Source: Auanema rhodensis
Lineage: Eukaryota; Animalia; Nematoda
Direction of reading: 5' to 3'
Assembly: GCA_964057225.1 (NCBI GenBank)
Contig: OZ059897.1
Location: forward strand, 15,810,001 to 15,874,000
Length of the DNA: 64,000 nt
Part shown: piece after piece, positions 1 to 14,865 of the stretch
Layout of the letters: each line of letters opens with the position of its first letter
Position numbering within the stretch: the first letter of the stretch is position 1
Translations under genes and position numbers: made by a program
The notes under the pieces: model-generated
The model's input: the letters and a program-made list of their open reading frames with translations, nothing else
Databases searched by the model: none
What the model was told of the DNA's origin: nothing

Positions 1-505
1 TTACTTATTCTCATTCTATCTGTATGGCTATGCCTGCTAACCAACTTTGCACATATCCAATCCGTTTGTCCATGTGTTGTCAAGGTGTTGGCCCACGGCT
101 TACGTTGCCCATAAATAGAATACTCAATCAGGCCGAAGGTTCAGACATAGTTTTCCTTCTTTTCACCACAAAAGGACAAAAGCCATCTCAAGAGGTCGAG
201 CTCTGACTCTCTCACAGCCTCTACCTCTATCTCCTTCGCTATTGGTAGACTATAACTTCTTTTGCTTAAAACTACGTGTCTTTCATACACAAAGAATCAT
301 AGGTTCTCTTATATCTGAAGGCAATTCCTAGTTTTGTCGCCAGTCCGATCAACAGTATATGTGCTTGGGTATCAATCGACTCCTCATAAGCCATACAAAC
401 ACTACCTTTTCGTGCACTATACATCAACTCAACTGATGTTATAATGTGCTAACATCTATTATCTGTTACTGAATAAGAACATTACTTACCTATTATATCT
501 AAATA

Positions 506-549
506 ATGTCTTTCGTCGAGCGACTCATACTGACCCGACTTGCTGACTG
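506..549 (+). CDS. unc-53: Candidate alternative first coding exon of a short unc-53 isoform (MSFVERLILTRLAD)
   Basis: ATG at 506, 44 nt open, good donor TG|GTATGT at 549/550. Phase 2 matches the exon at 5237 (T|TTG GAA GAT), giving ...LADCLEDSSSLSSG. Confidence 0.55.
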
Positions 550-3500
550 GTATGTTTTGTCTTTTTTCTCTACAATTTGCTGATTTTGCACATTCAGTTT
601 ATAATTTTCCTACAAACTGAATGTTTTTTCATTATCCCCTAACTAATAATTAATTTTTCACGGTCATTTTTCATCATAAAGTATATGAATATAAGTAGAA
701 TTAATTTAGTAAAGCAATGTATATTTGTATGAATAAGGAAATAGACGCAAGAAATGCCTGCCGGCTTTTCAGCCATTTCTTTGTATCAAATATATAAAAT
801 GTTTATTGTATGTCAATTATTTTTGTTTTCTTGATAATACATACAACATCATACAACAAGCTATCGGCTCGTTTGATCTCTTCTTCAACAAGCAATCACA
901 ACAGGAAGCTTTGGTCCATTAGTTGTAGCCGCCAGGCTCTTCCGGCCCCTTGCTATGATGGTCATTGCGCCTGTTCGTAAGTCACATAAGCACATGCTTG
1001 ACTTGGTTTTATCTCTTTCAATCTTTTCTCTACCACTGTTGTGATATTTTCCTTGTATTTCTGTTATTCCTATATATGAAATTAAATAGGTACATATTGT
1101 GTTTAACAGATTCAAAGTTAAGAGGTCAATACATTTACATTTTTCATACGCTCCTAAATAATACATGCTCACATCTTTCAGTTCGAAAATAGTAAATATT
1201 AAATGAATGATGAATCATTTTTCTTTTTACTTATGAAAAGTCTAATTTGATCTATCATAAGAAGCATCGAGTTCGGCTAACTATAACAATAGTCTGTTAG
1301 CTTTTATTTTCAATCACAATTAAGTATTTGTACTTTGTGAGCCGTCGCTTCTGTCCACCATGAGACATCATAATGGATTTGCCTCCACGGCAGTTGGCTG
1401 TCATCTACGGGACCATCCTCTCATCTATACCGCCATTTGCCATATTTTGATACAGATTCGTGCACAGCTATAGACTATGCAAGCATGAGTTAGATGTTAT
1501 CAGATGTCTTCTAAATCTTTTCACTGCTAGTCGCTGTTTCGCTCATTCTTATCTTGATCAGGGAGTTGAAGAGTAAACGGAAAAGCATGGCTTGGAGCTA
1601 GCTGACCAGAAAGGCAGCAGGCCAATTGCCAGTCATATTTAATGGTCCTTTGTCTAGTTAAATCTCGACGTTTCATCCAAGCAAGTCATTGTTCTAACCA
1701 AAGTCAGTCATAGTTTCAAATTGTTCTTGTAACTACATGTCTACATATAATTACAACATTTAAAACATTTTAATTACTCACTTATATAATATTATTATTT
1801 TCTATTATTCTCAACAAATTTTAAACCTAAGAAAAAACTTGATGAGCTTAATAGTGTCCTCAAACTTTTCTCCTACATTTTTCTTCCTCTTGGACATGTT
1901 GCTTCAACCATCTGGCGTAAGACGAAGTCGGTTGATCGAAATAACAGATGCCATTGCTATCAAAGGAATACTATTCGTTTCAAGGTCTTCTCTCATTTGA
2001 CTTCTCTTTTCCTCTCATGTTCAGTATGTCTGTGTGTAGACGCTTACACAGTCTGTTCCCTTATGACTATCCATAAGTGGAAGATTAAAACCGATAAAAC
2101 TGAAGTTGAAAGCGGATGCTCTTGTTCCAGTGGCTGCTGCGGTTTAAAGAACGTTCGGTTCTGTTTCTGTGAGCAAACGGCGACTAGAGTTAGAGAACAG
2201 GAAGATGCAAGACATTTCTTCAGCATCTTAGGCTTGAAGATGAACTTCCGTTTCGCAATGCTTGATTATAGTTTTGAGTTCTAATTGTGATTAAAATGCC
2301 TTGAAGTTATTCATAGATTCTACTTGTTATGATCGATATGAATTTATTTCAATGAAAGCTCTTCAACATTTTCCGGCAACTTATAACTCGTCAATTCCTT
2401 TATGTGTGGTCTTCATCATACTCATTCTTTTCTCTTCTACCTACTTTTTCTCCTCATATTTCTGCATAAACCTCTTAAAATAGAATGAATCGAAATTTTC
2501 CTCTTCTGGTACTTTCTATTCAACGATTCTTCACATCCAGCTTGATGTCGAAGCTGACATACGTTCATTCAACCTACTGAACTCTTCTTATCATCATGTC
2601 CTTCGATCAGTCACAGACCTCCTCTAGACAACAAGCACTCTGAGCCCGTGGCCTCATTCAATCCACTCATCCTCTCTATATTTGCATTATTTCAAACATG
2701 GACTCGGTTAATCGTTAAACTCAACACACATAGTCTGAACGTAAATTTCTTCTTCGCGCTTCTTCTTTCTGTTTCTCTATGTTCAGCATGATCTTCAGTC
2801 ATCATTCGTTAGCATAAGGCTTTGTGTGTATTTCTGACACATCTTCTGTTCGATTAGATTGTTTAAAACTTTCAAATTATTGAAAACGTCTAACAACCAG
2901 ACAACAACCTTTGTTCAGAATTTATGTATATTCTGAGCAAATTATGTTCTTCTTCTAATCCTTTTTTATGAACAACAATCATTAAAATTAATTTTTATGA
3001 ACAATTCATATTCCTTTCATCTTTTACCTTGTCAATTGTTCTCCTTTTATGGATAGTTTCCGCTTAATTTGACCGGAAGATTATGTCAGTATATATGTCG
3101 ACTAATGAGATTCTTGATATTGCTATGAAGTTGCCGCCACCTCGAGCGGTGCAGGCTGTTTATGCTAACTCAATCATAGCTTTTAGCTCAACTCTTATTT
3201 TGTTGTTGACTTGAATAATTCTCGCTGCCTACGTTTCTTTTTAAAGCTTGCTTCCTCTCATGTTTATATTTCTTCAAACTTTGTTTCAAAATTTTAACAA
3301 TATAAACAACGAAAATTGGAATATCATCATATTCTTTATTTAAGCGAACAGATCTTCTTTTGCTTCTTTTATAACCTTACATAGTATTCTTGACCTTAAT
3401 TTGAAGAGAGCTCAGCTGTTTGTCGACGGTATAAGAACAAGGCAGACAAAAGCTAAATCCATTGTGTATCTTGTCTTTCGGGCTACCTGATCCTATATGT

Positions 3501-5236
3501 TCTCTTTACTACGCGATGCTAATTTCCGGCTCTTTTGCCTCATTCTAAGTCTTAATTGCTGAATCTTCCTCTTATATACTTGCATATATGTAAATGTTCA
3601 TACTTGATGTCAAAGTTAAATCATCAAAAAATATATATCGTAGATTAGTTTTTTGATAATTTAACTATGAGAATTCAATACATTTCACTTCAAATCCGCT
3701 CTGGCCTTTCTCTTTCATGAAATGTTAAGCCGAATTCAATTTTTTTTGTTTCCATGAAGGTAGACTCTTTAGAAGCTGGGAATAAATTCATCTAGAATGT
3801 TATTATATTTCATCGCTGCCCTTTTCCCTTCATAGTCCAGCCGGATCTCTAGCTTCATATTTTCTACCTGAAAGCTCATCTATATGTCATCTGTGCAGCT
3901 GAGATTTGGTTACTTAGATCTCCTATTCCAGTTTTAGATCTGTGATTTCATTCGGCTTGAAAGCTTTAGATCCAACCTTTATTGCTCTCATACTTTTCCA
4001 CACTATTTGAGTCCATATATATCGCTTTTTGATTTTTTTCAAAGTTGCCACAAGCATCAAGTTATGCAGAATTTGAATCGAATTTCCGGCCATCTCAACA
4101 TCAGAATGTTTAGAAACTTAATTTATCTGCTTAATAATATTATAATTCACTTGCGCATAAAAACATATTTTTTGCACAACTTTCTTTCTTCTTTCTTATT
4201 CTTGTTGATTAAGTCCTTTAAAAACGTACAACAACTTTTAAAATTTCTCATTTTGACTTCTGACTTTCCTTTAGTTGGTCTCGATTTTGTTCAAAAATGC
4301 AAACATCCTTCTAAACTTACCATCATTACCACATTTCAATGATAAGTTGTCCGAAAGTTTAAATGGGGAGAACTTAGTTGCTCCTTTTGGTGTTGTTCTA
4401 AGATATTGGACAGATTTAAGTCAACATTTTCTTGGATTATTATAAGCGTTGTTACGACTTTTTTTGCCATCTATTTTCCACTTGGGAAAGCTATGGAATG
4501 CTTTTTTCTTTCAGTTCAATTTTCTTTCATAACTCGGAACAATTAGTCGTTTGCCTATTATATTGTAAGATGAATTAAAGAGGCTGAAATCTTTTTCATT
4601 TTATCCCTATAACTAACTCCATTTTTATCCCATTGCCATGACCTGTCCTGCCTATCAAATAATATAGAAAAGTATGAAAATCTCTCTTCTCATTCTGTCC
4701 ATCTGCATATATTTTCAAAATCATGTCAATAAGAGTTTAAAGTTGGTAGTGGCAGCATGTTGCCTATCCTTTACTATACCGGTCTATCACAGTAAATTTC
4801 TATATAGAAATATAATCCGCTTATAGCCACTTGTAACTTCTAGAATTTTTCTGATGAATATCCACATTCCAATATAATATATTAATTCTTTAATGATTGA
4901 GTATTCGAACTAGATGTATAGTTAGCTAACTAAATGAAATTTCGGGTTAAATGGTTAAACAAAAGATATTTGATGGCTGGGTGGGCTGGTCGGCGTTCGT
5001 CATCCATGTCGAAAAGAGGAGGATCCTCTACTCAAGCCTTTAAACCCTCAAACCTTTAGCATACATGCATCCTCCTTTCAGAGCTAGCTCCACCCCTTTA
5101 TGTTAATGCTATGTTGTACATCTATTTAGTAGATCCTGGAAGTACTGCCAGCTAAATAGGATCTCTCATGTGCTTTCTCTAATATTTCAATGATATTCAA
5201 AAATATTAAAAAACTTATTACTTTCATTATTTTCAG

Positions 5237-8200
5237 TTTGGAAGATAGCTCATCACTCTCTAGTGGTATTTCTGATAACTTTGACGATATTTCAACTGAT
5301 GATTTAAGTGGACCGTAAGTTTTTTTCATTGTTTTTAGAGTTATTTTGAAAATTAGTCCTATACCCATCACAGTTTTTGCAGGCACATTTAATTGAATTA
5401 TTCTGAATGTGCGTTGTAATTAACTAAAATCTATTTATAACTTTTGCATAAGGTTCTTTTTAAATTATGTTTAATCTCTTTGTCGGTAAATTAAAAGCTA
5501 TTAGACCGATATATACTTTCTAGTCCATTTGACTGATACTACTTCTTGAAAAAGAAGAAGAAAACTGTTTTTTTTTCGTCCAATAGTTCATGATTCACTT
5601 TCTTGCTAACTCAAGTCGTGGGAAATTCGCTTCTCTTCTGATCCGAATAGGAAAAAGTAACAAAATAGTTGTTTTTTAATTTACAAAAAATGCTTGGTCG
5701 TCATGTAGCGTACACCGACTAAAAACGTTAAGTAAACTGTAAATTTGATCATTGCTGTCATTCTAATAGAAATATTCATACTATTCATCATCTTATTTCA
5801 TCGTCTGTCTTACATAAAACACATTTCGGTTAGATTTTATACGGACAGCTGCTGACAGTTCATATCTATTACAAAGCGAAAGATCAGACTCACTGTATGT
5901 TTTACGGATGACTTGAGCTGGATGATTGCAGCCGAATATATCTATCATATGACATTGATTGAAGAAATATAATTTTACTCAACTCTTTTGAGTTTTTTCT
6001 CTCATCATCTGTCTAATTACTATGTAACAACGATATAATGACGATAATGAAAATTGGTCAGAGACATCCTTTGGCTACCATTTGGCAACAAAGCCTTAAA
6101 CGGCGAATACTCATTTTGGTCGATTTAACGACCCAAAAGATCAAACAGGTGGTAAAATTCATCGAGCTACGAACGGTGATGTTATGGATCGGCATCTGTC
6201 AAATAGCTAGAAAATGTAAAAAGAAGTCGTTGCTCTAGTTCTGAATCACTTAATAATGGGCCCTAACTTCTGGTGATCGAATAAATTTTCGGAGAACATG
6301 AAAAAAATGTTCTTCTCTCTGATATTCATGAAAAATGCTAAATAATAATTCTTTTTCATCTCAGTGATCATCCAATGGCTACTGCAACTTTCGGCAAACC
6401 TAGTGATTATCAACCATTTTCAAGAAGTGTTCATACGCGAGGTAAGTAATATGTAACAGTCACATTATGCATGATCTCAGAGAATAAGACTGTATGCTAT
6501 ATTACAATTCACTTTTAGGACCTAGAAGTTCCTCTACTTCAATCGAACATCGCTCTCGACGTGTAGCAGAACAAGAAAATCTTCATCAGCTTCTTCAACA
6601 ATGTCGTACAAGTCAGCGGGGAGCTGCTGCTGGAGTAACCAATGTGAGTTTCTTTATGCGTATCAATCTAAAGGCTTTCTAATTGTTGCTATTTCATCTG
6701 AGTTGTTAAATCTGTAACTAGTTTGAAATAACGAAAAGGCATTGACAACTTGAATAGAATAGAACTAATCCCAATTTCACTCACCCTATATTGTTTCATA
6801 CTTATTCATGTTTCTTAAGAAAAATAACGAAACATAAGCTTGAATACAAATACAATTGCTTATATTCTATCGTAACTGAAGGTTAGCTTCATCGCTCATT
6901 CAAACAGTTTCTTCATTCATTTTTCCTTTTGACATGTGTTATAAAAATACTTCTGCATACAATCGCCGTTTCAGTAAAGGAAATGCTTGCGATTTGACAC
7001 ATATGTTCTTTCTCGCACAGCTTATCGAATTTTCGCTTTGTCCATCCATTGTAACAAGCTTTCCTTCTGATGTCCATTCAGGTGGCATAACCTTATTATA
7101 TGTTCTTGGCTAACATGTCCATTCGCAATTTGGATACGTTGCTGAGCATTCTATTCTTTCTCACTCAACCAGTTAACACTCCGTATGTCATACGTAGTTA
7201 GCTCTTAGAAAATAGTTGGTAATTAACGGTTCAAAGCATGGAAACTTTTGAATGTGAATAGAAAAGTTCAATCTTCATCTATCTGTATGCAACTAGGCAA
7301 CTACCGATTGCATTCAACTTCTTTTATTGATTGTTTCAAATTGTTATGTCGTTTCTGTCGAAAATAGTTCTGCAGCTTAATTAGCAGCACACTAGAACCG
7401 TATGCTATCAAATTCGTTTTGTTTTTTCCTCAACTTTTTGATAAACATCTTCAATCTTATCGAAAAGATAGTGGTTTAGGTTTTCTAGATAAAATTAACA
7501 ACATCTGCATAAGAATATATGTAATATATTCAAGTTTAAGTGAAAAAAAATCGAAAATGTCGTTTATGATCTGAAAATTTGACGAGCTAGCTTTGTGTCT
7601 CAACTAAATACCGATTGCATGTCAAACATGTTTTTAGTTTATTCAAAAGAATTTCCGTTTGTATGCCGCAGTCTTTAACTGAATATGGATCGGCAATTCT
7701 CAAGCTTAAACTGTCCGAGCTGCTTCTGTCTAATTAGTGATGTGTAGTAATGGACTCTAAATGAGCTGAACACAGCATCGCTTCAGAATGTTCTATAAGC
7801 TATGCATTCTGTGAGCGATTCTTAGTCCATATCCAGCTGCTGCTTAGATCATTGTTTTCTTCAACATTATTGGTTAAGAATGTCTGCTTCATTCCATTTT
7901 TTCCGGAAATCTACAAAACATATCAGGGTCAAGCACATTCAAGTTGGTAGACGAATAAAAATTTCATATAATATATTCTTCAGTCATGCTTTCCACTTTG
8001 TTGTTGCGATGTAGTAATATTACATTAACAAGAAAGCTCTTATTTTGAGTCATCCTCAACTTATTTTTATCTAATTCCAAAATCTTAATGGATATTCTAA
8101 TATTAAATCCATAAAGTGAAATAGGTACATAGAAGTGGAAGAAATGGTGTCGTGGAAATAGAGTTATCATAAAACTAAAACCACATTAATTATAATTTTC

Positions 8201-11200
8201 ACCCACTTCTGATCATCACATCCATCATTTCTACGTATAATAAGCTTTTCTTTAATATTATTGTTTACTTTCATATACATATATTCTATACTTTATCCCT
8301 AAAAACTCCTATGTATCATCATTTCTTTAACTTTATGTATTTTTTTTCTTACTAATAAAAGTTAAGAGAAAATATAGATAGATAAATGAAAAGACTAAGA
8401 AATAAAGTGAGAGAAACAACATAGAAAACGTTTTCCTATTCTATCATTCACCTTTAACATCGTTCTGTTCTTTTTCCTCATCATCTTTTTCCTCATATAC
8501 GACTAAATAATACTTTTGTAATAATGAATGCTACAGACAGCTGTTACGGCTGCTCAGATTTTGTGCTTAGAGCAGTGAGGTCATTTGAGGACATATGTAA
8601 CTCATCAGATTTTCACTCTTTTATCAGATTCTTCTGAAACGCTAACTAGAAATAACAAACTATTGTTATTAATAGATAGCTATCATTTTTATTTAATTTT
8701 ATTATAATATCCAATAGAAAATATTATATTGCATTAGCGTTGTCTTCTCATCATAGAATTAGAGAAGGATTTTGTATTGGCCTGAGCTTTAACTGTTTCC
8801 CGAAACGAATTGAATGAGATCGAAACAATGCCAGATGCGTAAATATTTTCTCTGATTATCTTCTTTCTACTTCTTCTCTTGCAAATGCATACTCATATTT
8901 ATGAATAGCTACTATATACTATGATCTGTAATTCGCATTTTCTATTACGACAAAAAAATCAGAAAACAATATTTCCAACTTTATCTAACATTTAGTTATT
9001 ATTTTTTTAGTAAAAATGCAAATTTTTTATACATATTTTGCACTATTTTAGGTTTTTCATAAAAATCATTAATTATGACACATTTAGCCCTTGCGATCTC
9101 CAGGATATAACACTATTGGATTTGCACGACACATCGATAGTGACACGCTCTCCGTGCACTCGCGTGCTTCTGTATCATCAGCATCTGCTCGTGGTCCGAC
9201 AGGTATGTTCAATCATTCGTTTCCTATTAATTTCTACTATATATATACATATACATCGGTCAGCTGTTTTCTCATGTCCGTACGTTATTGTCCTTGCACA
9301 ACATTCTCGAGATAGAAAATGCACTTGGCTTGAAAACAATCAGAATTAATGACATAATTCCGTGATCCAACATAATTTTCAATAATTGTCTGATGTTTCC
9401 TCATTCGTCAATTATTTTTTTGTCTGTCATCAGATATTTTTATGCGGAAAATCTTCGAAAGTGACGTACTAATGGACATTGACTAATCTATCCTTCCATA
9501 TAAGACTTATCCATCAAACCGCCAGCCACCTCATCATCTGCTGTCCATACAAACTCCGCGGGTTGTCTTTCGTCACTGTTCTCTATTATAATAATTTTTA
9601 CCAAAATATGATTAATATTCTTCGAACTGCAGCTATGTAGAATAGAAAAAACCGTTAATCCTTATGTGGTCAGCTGACAACTACTTTGAACTCTTCTATG
9701 ATTTTCCTGTTCTCACCTTCTTTTTGAACGGATTCATTCAAAGTCCGAAGGACATTCAAATAGAACAAAACATTTCCCTGTAATATTTAGACATACGGGA
9801 AACATTAGCACAGCGGTCATGATCACATCACTTAAAAAACTATCGCGTTGTTTTTCAAAACGAAAACTATTATCTCCTCTTTTCAGCCTCCTCACTGTCG
9901 TCTGGCTTCCATTCGTTGGACCGTAAAACTCATATGAGCGAGTTGTATGAGAACAGCCGCATGTGGACAGACAGGAATGCCATGGCAGCATTAGTATCAC
10001 CTCGCCGAATGCCAGCACATTCAAAACAGCAGCAGGATGATCGCGTATCAAGCGCTGGTAAGTTCATATATTTTATAAATAAATAAGTATATTCATTCTA
10101 ACAATATGGCGAAGTTTTGCTTTTTCGTACAAAACTTTAAACTAGCCAAACGTCATTCGATATTCGTCATGTAGTTTACGTATATATTCCTGGATCTACT
10201 TCATAACCTCATCATGCTTCTAATTCCTTTTGCTTGCCTATCGCTGTATTCTACTTGACGAATTTGCTGTTGTATTGTGATTGTGCTGACCTTCTCCTCA
10301 ATCTGATTCTGTATCACTGCCTTTTGAACAACAAATTGAACCTTCCACCTCTTACTTGTTGTGCTATGATGTGTTGAATTTAATTTCTTATTAGCATTCA
10401 TGCTTCTTTAGCTAACGCCTCCTTACACTTGTCTAGCGCCATGTCGAGATCCATGGTTATGCTAGATGTCAGCTCTTCATCACCTACTGTATCACGACGT
10501 CGTACCTCACCTCATACACCACGAACTGGCCGTATTCCTCTATCAGTTGCTGCTAGCCCAATAACTAACGGTATGAAGATGACCCTCGATCAAACACAAC
10601 CTCAGCATAACAACGATACAACACCAGACATACCACAGCGTAGCATTTCTAATGCTTAACTTCTTTATTTTGTTTTATTTCCTTATTTAGAATTAGTAAT
10701 GCTTTAATTCCTCGATTTAAATTTAACTTCCTAAAAAGTTTACATTTTATCTGCTTAAAATATTTCAGCAACTTTAAAGCTTTAACTTTCTTTCAAATTT
10801 TTTCATTTTAGGATCTATCTCTTCTCGATCTGCTCGTGAAGGTATTTATTCAACATACCGTGATCCTATTCAACTTCATCGCCTGAATGATGAAATTAGT
10901 AGAAGCCCTTCACACATGAGTAAAGATCCAATGGGATCTCATCTTTCCTTAGCCAGCTCAACTGCTTATTCAAATGTATCAGTTTATCAGAGACCGCAAC
11001 TATTTTCAAAAAATCATTTTAGATTAATGAGAGATATGAAGCAGAAATCCGTAAAATGAATTCAGAATTAGATGGATATCGTCAAACAGTTCACAAGCTC
11101 ACTCGGAAGCACGACGATTATACTCATCTTATGGAAGTTTTCGATCAACGCCTGTCATATTTGGCCCGCCACGTTGAGAAAGCACAGCTGAAGGTAAATA

Positions 11201-14200
11201 TCTCTTATATTCTCATAATACTACGGAAAGCTTTCAAAAGAAATGTGACCTTAATGGTTCTCATTCAATGGCTCTTGATTGTTAAATGCCAGCTGGCAGA
11301 TGAATCATCTCCCATTCTCTATGAAGATTATCTGAGATGATTCGTATTTCTTGTTTAGCCTGAGGCACTGTGAGGGCACTTGTCTAACAATCTACCAACA
11401 GCAAATTCTCATCTATCAAGCTGTAAAATGACTCAATCCTTCAATAGTTAGTCAGTCATGCAAACGACTTGCTTTCTAATTGGTCCCAAATCGACTGAAT
11501 GCTGACAGCCTTATGGGATCATATATCATGTGATACACACTTCAATCCAAATGAACGGATAGGCACTAACGAATATGTTTGCAAATAGAAGAAATTCTTT
11601 ATGATAAAACATCTTTCTAATTAGAAAATAAGCGTAATCAATACTTATATGAGAAGCGATTCTAAGTACTTCCTTAGTACTTTCCTCTTTTATACGATAG
11701 TTTGTTTCCCGGCATTAGAAATCTCTGAGGGATTCAAATGTCTAAGCTTATCGGTGCAAGGTATCTGAGACATGATGGCTTATAGCTCAAGTGTTTTACT
11801 CCCGTTCTAAACTAGTCGTATACGCTACTTGGCTATTCCGAAAAAATTATATTGAATTAGAGATACATTTTACCCTTTTTTCAGCCTGAAGAACTAGCTC
11901 GACTTCGTCAAGAAATAGAGAATCTTCGAGATATGAGTAATAGGGTTGCTCAAACTGCTGATGCAAAAAGAACACTGGTAAATAAAAAAACATGTTAGTT
12001 GTTATACTGTGATGTATACTTTCAGGAAGGAGCTGGAGAACTTTTACGTCAACCCTCTTTAGAGTCTGTAGCGTCAATGGCTAGCCATCGTTCATCAATG
12101 AGCTCTTCTAGTAAAAGCAGTAAAACGGATAAGATGTCATTGAACAGTTTCGGAGCAAAAACGAAGAAAAGCTGGGTAAGTCTAATAAATATACCATTTT
12201 TCAACAAAACTAAAAATCTTGACGCTTTCGTTTAATTGAATAACTGTTTTGTCTTTTATAGACTAATAGTATGGATGCTCAGGTAATTATAAAAGTTGTG
12301 ATCGTAAAATCGTGATTGTCGCATGAAATATTATTTCCAAAAACAGAGAAATGTGAATTTCCAATTTTATTATTCCAGATTCGTTCTTCATTCACGAAAG
12401 CTTTTTCCAAGAAAAAGAAGGGTTCTGAATGTGATCAATTGAATACAATCAATGGCTCAACGAGCAGGTATCCAAATAAACGAATTTAAACGCATATATA
12501 CTTCCTTTATAGACTCGACGAAATCGAAGTTGTTGAACTCAAAAAGCAATTAGAAGATAGAGATGAAGCTCTTACAGACGTTAGACTCGATGCATTAGAC
12601 AAAGCTAGAGAAGTAGATGTTCTTCGCGAAACTGTGAATCGTTTGAAGGTATGTTAAACCCTTAATAGTGTTATGTTCAACAATCGTATACAGAATGAAA
12701 ATAAGCAACTGAAGCAAGATATGTCGAGGCTTTTATCAACAAGATCTAGAGCGTCATCTCAAGTCTCTCTAGCAATGAATGATGAGGAACCTTTGTACGA
12801 AATCCCACCAACAGCTTCAAGTACTGCAAGCCAGTCGAGCAAACGCTCTTCTGGCTGTAACTCAGTGAAAGTCACAGTTAATGTTGATATGCGAGGAGTA
12901 ATAAGTTCCGCAATCTGTCCTGACAATGAAATTATTATTGGATTCTTACCAATTCCGGCCAAATATTCAACATGGTCGGAATTAGATCAACAGATATATT
13001 CGTTATTTGACGTATGTTTTCAAAGCTGGTATTCAATAATTACTGTATCATATTTAAGACATATATTGGCAAAATCGATCCTGATAGACTTCTTGGTCTG
13101 CATTGCTCAGATAGCTTAATAGGATATCAAATCGGAAGCGTCATAAGAGAAAAAGATTGTTCGATTCCTGAATCAGCGCCTGCTGATGTTATTACACCTA
13201 CTACTACTATTCGCTTGTTTATGAGAGGTGCAGCTCAACAGTCATTGGATTCCCTTGTTTTGGAATGTCTTTTTCCTCGATCCATGTTAGAGCAGCTCCT
13301 TCAGTTTCTTCTGACTCACAGACGATTAGTTTTGTCCGGAGCCACAGGGATCGGAAAGGTTTGTTTATATTCCAATATGTTAATTGAGTTATTTTTTTTA
13401 GAGTAATCTAGCACGACAATTGGCTGCCTACTTGTCCGTACGCATTGGATTACCTCAAGATGGAGTCCAAGATATTAAAATTCCGGATGAAGTTAATGGA
13501 AAAGATATAATAGAAGTTGAGCAACAATTGGAAAAGTTACTTCGAGGAGACTCAAATGTAGTTGTTCTTATGGATAACATACCTCGTCACCGTATAGCCT
13601 TTGTCTCTTCGGTATTCTCTACTGCTGAGCTAGGAGTTAGTGATGGTCCGTATGTGATTTGCACCGTTAACCGAGCATGTCAACTTCCTGAAATGCAAGT
13701 ACATCACAACTTCAAACTCTTCCTATTGACCAATAGAATGGATGGTGTAAAAGGATTTATGGCCAGGTTTAATAAATAATTCAAACGTTTTTAACATACA
13801 TGATATTTTTCAGATTCCTCCGACGTCGCATCATTGAGGCAGAATTCAGATTATCGAGACAAACGCCACAAGAATTGCTCAGGGTCATCCAATTTTTGCC
13901 AATCGTTCTACAAGCCGTTAACAATTTCATTGAAAAAGCTAACTCACTTGATGTTACGGTTGGACCGAGGATATTCCTGCAGTGTCCATTAGGTATTGAA
14001 GAATCACGCCAATGGTTTGTGTGCTTGTGGAATGAAAATATCGTTCCTTATATGGTCCGAGTGGCCAGAGAAGGGGTTAAGTTCCTTGGGCGCTGTGGAT
14101 CGTTCGAAGATCCAACAGATGTCGCATGCGAACACTGGCCTTGGCTAGAAGGACCAACAGGTGAGGAAGTACTTTCCCGCCTTTCCATAAAGGATATTGG

Positions 14201-14329
14201 ACAGGTAACGAGTTCGGTCTGGAATGTAAAAATATGTATTAATTCTAGGGTGCCAAACAGCCATTTAACCCATTGGACACATTGATTCGTCTCCAAGCTA
14301 GTCGCAATTCAGCTATTGAGAATATTTAA
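5237..14329 (+). CDS. unc-53: UNC-53 / Neuron navigator (NAV) homolog, 3' part (coiled coils and C-terminal AAA domain); multi-exon, 5' end outside window
   Basis: Exons include 5237-5314 (LEDSSSLSSGISDNFDDISTDDLSG, NAV motif), 6365-6441, 6519-6643, 9088-9202, 9887-10057, 10412-10570, 10812-10975, 11023-11193 and 11885-11977. Later exons give KKSWIRSSFTKAFSKKK, LTDVRLDALDKA, Walker A LSGATGIGKS, GPRIFLQCP and WFVCLWNENIVPY; TAA at 14327-14329. Confidence 0.95.
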
Positions 14330-14865
14330 AAAGCTCATATATTTCTTTCAGTGTCTCTTTTTTCACCACCTTTATCCTTTTCACTTTTTGTCGTTACTTT
14401 TTTTTCGTTCAAATGCTACCTCTTTTGTAAATTGTGTTAATGATTTCACGGGTACTTCCTCTCTTCAATTATAATTTTGCTCTTCCTGCCTCCTACCCAG
14501 GTGAAAACCCTTTTTGTGATTCTGCCCGTACCTACCTTGAATAGTCAAGAGATGTTTTCCGAGTGTATTGTATAGTCTCTCAAATATTGTCTAAAACAGA
14601 GTATGTGTATACTATAATATGGATATTGTTTAAAATATTATAAAATTAATAACAAATTAATTCTATACAGTATTTTAACTTCAACAGAACACAGGCAAAC
14701 ATATAATACAGGATGCGGGTTTATAGTACACAAAACATTATTATTCATACTTATTAACAAGTTTAACATGCATCACATGCTAAAACAGAATTCTACAGAC
14801 CTGTTAGAATCTCCAATATCTACAGCTGGAAATCGTTAAGATTAACAATACAACACAGTACAATT

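Noticed and set aside
1997-2284. Cys-rich 95-aa ORF in an unc-53 intron as another alternative exon
   Set aside because: No convincing donor in the required phase and no recognisable homology; likely a chance ORF.
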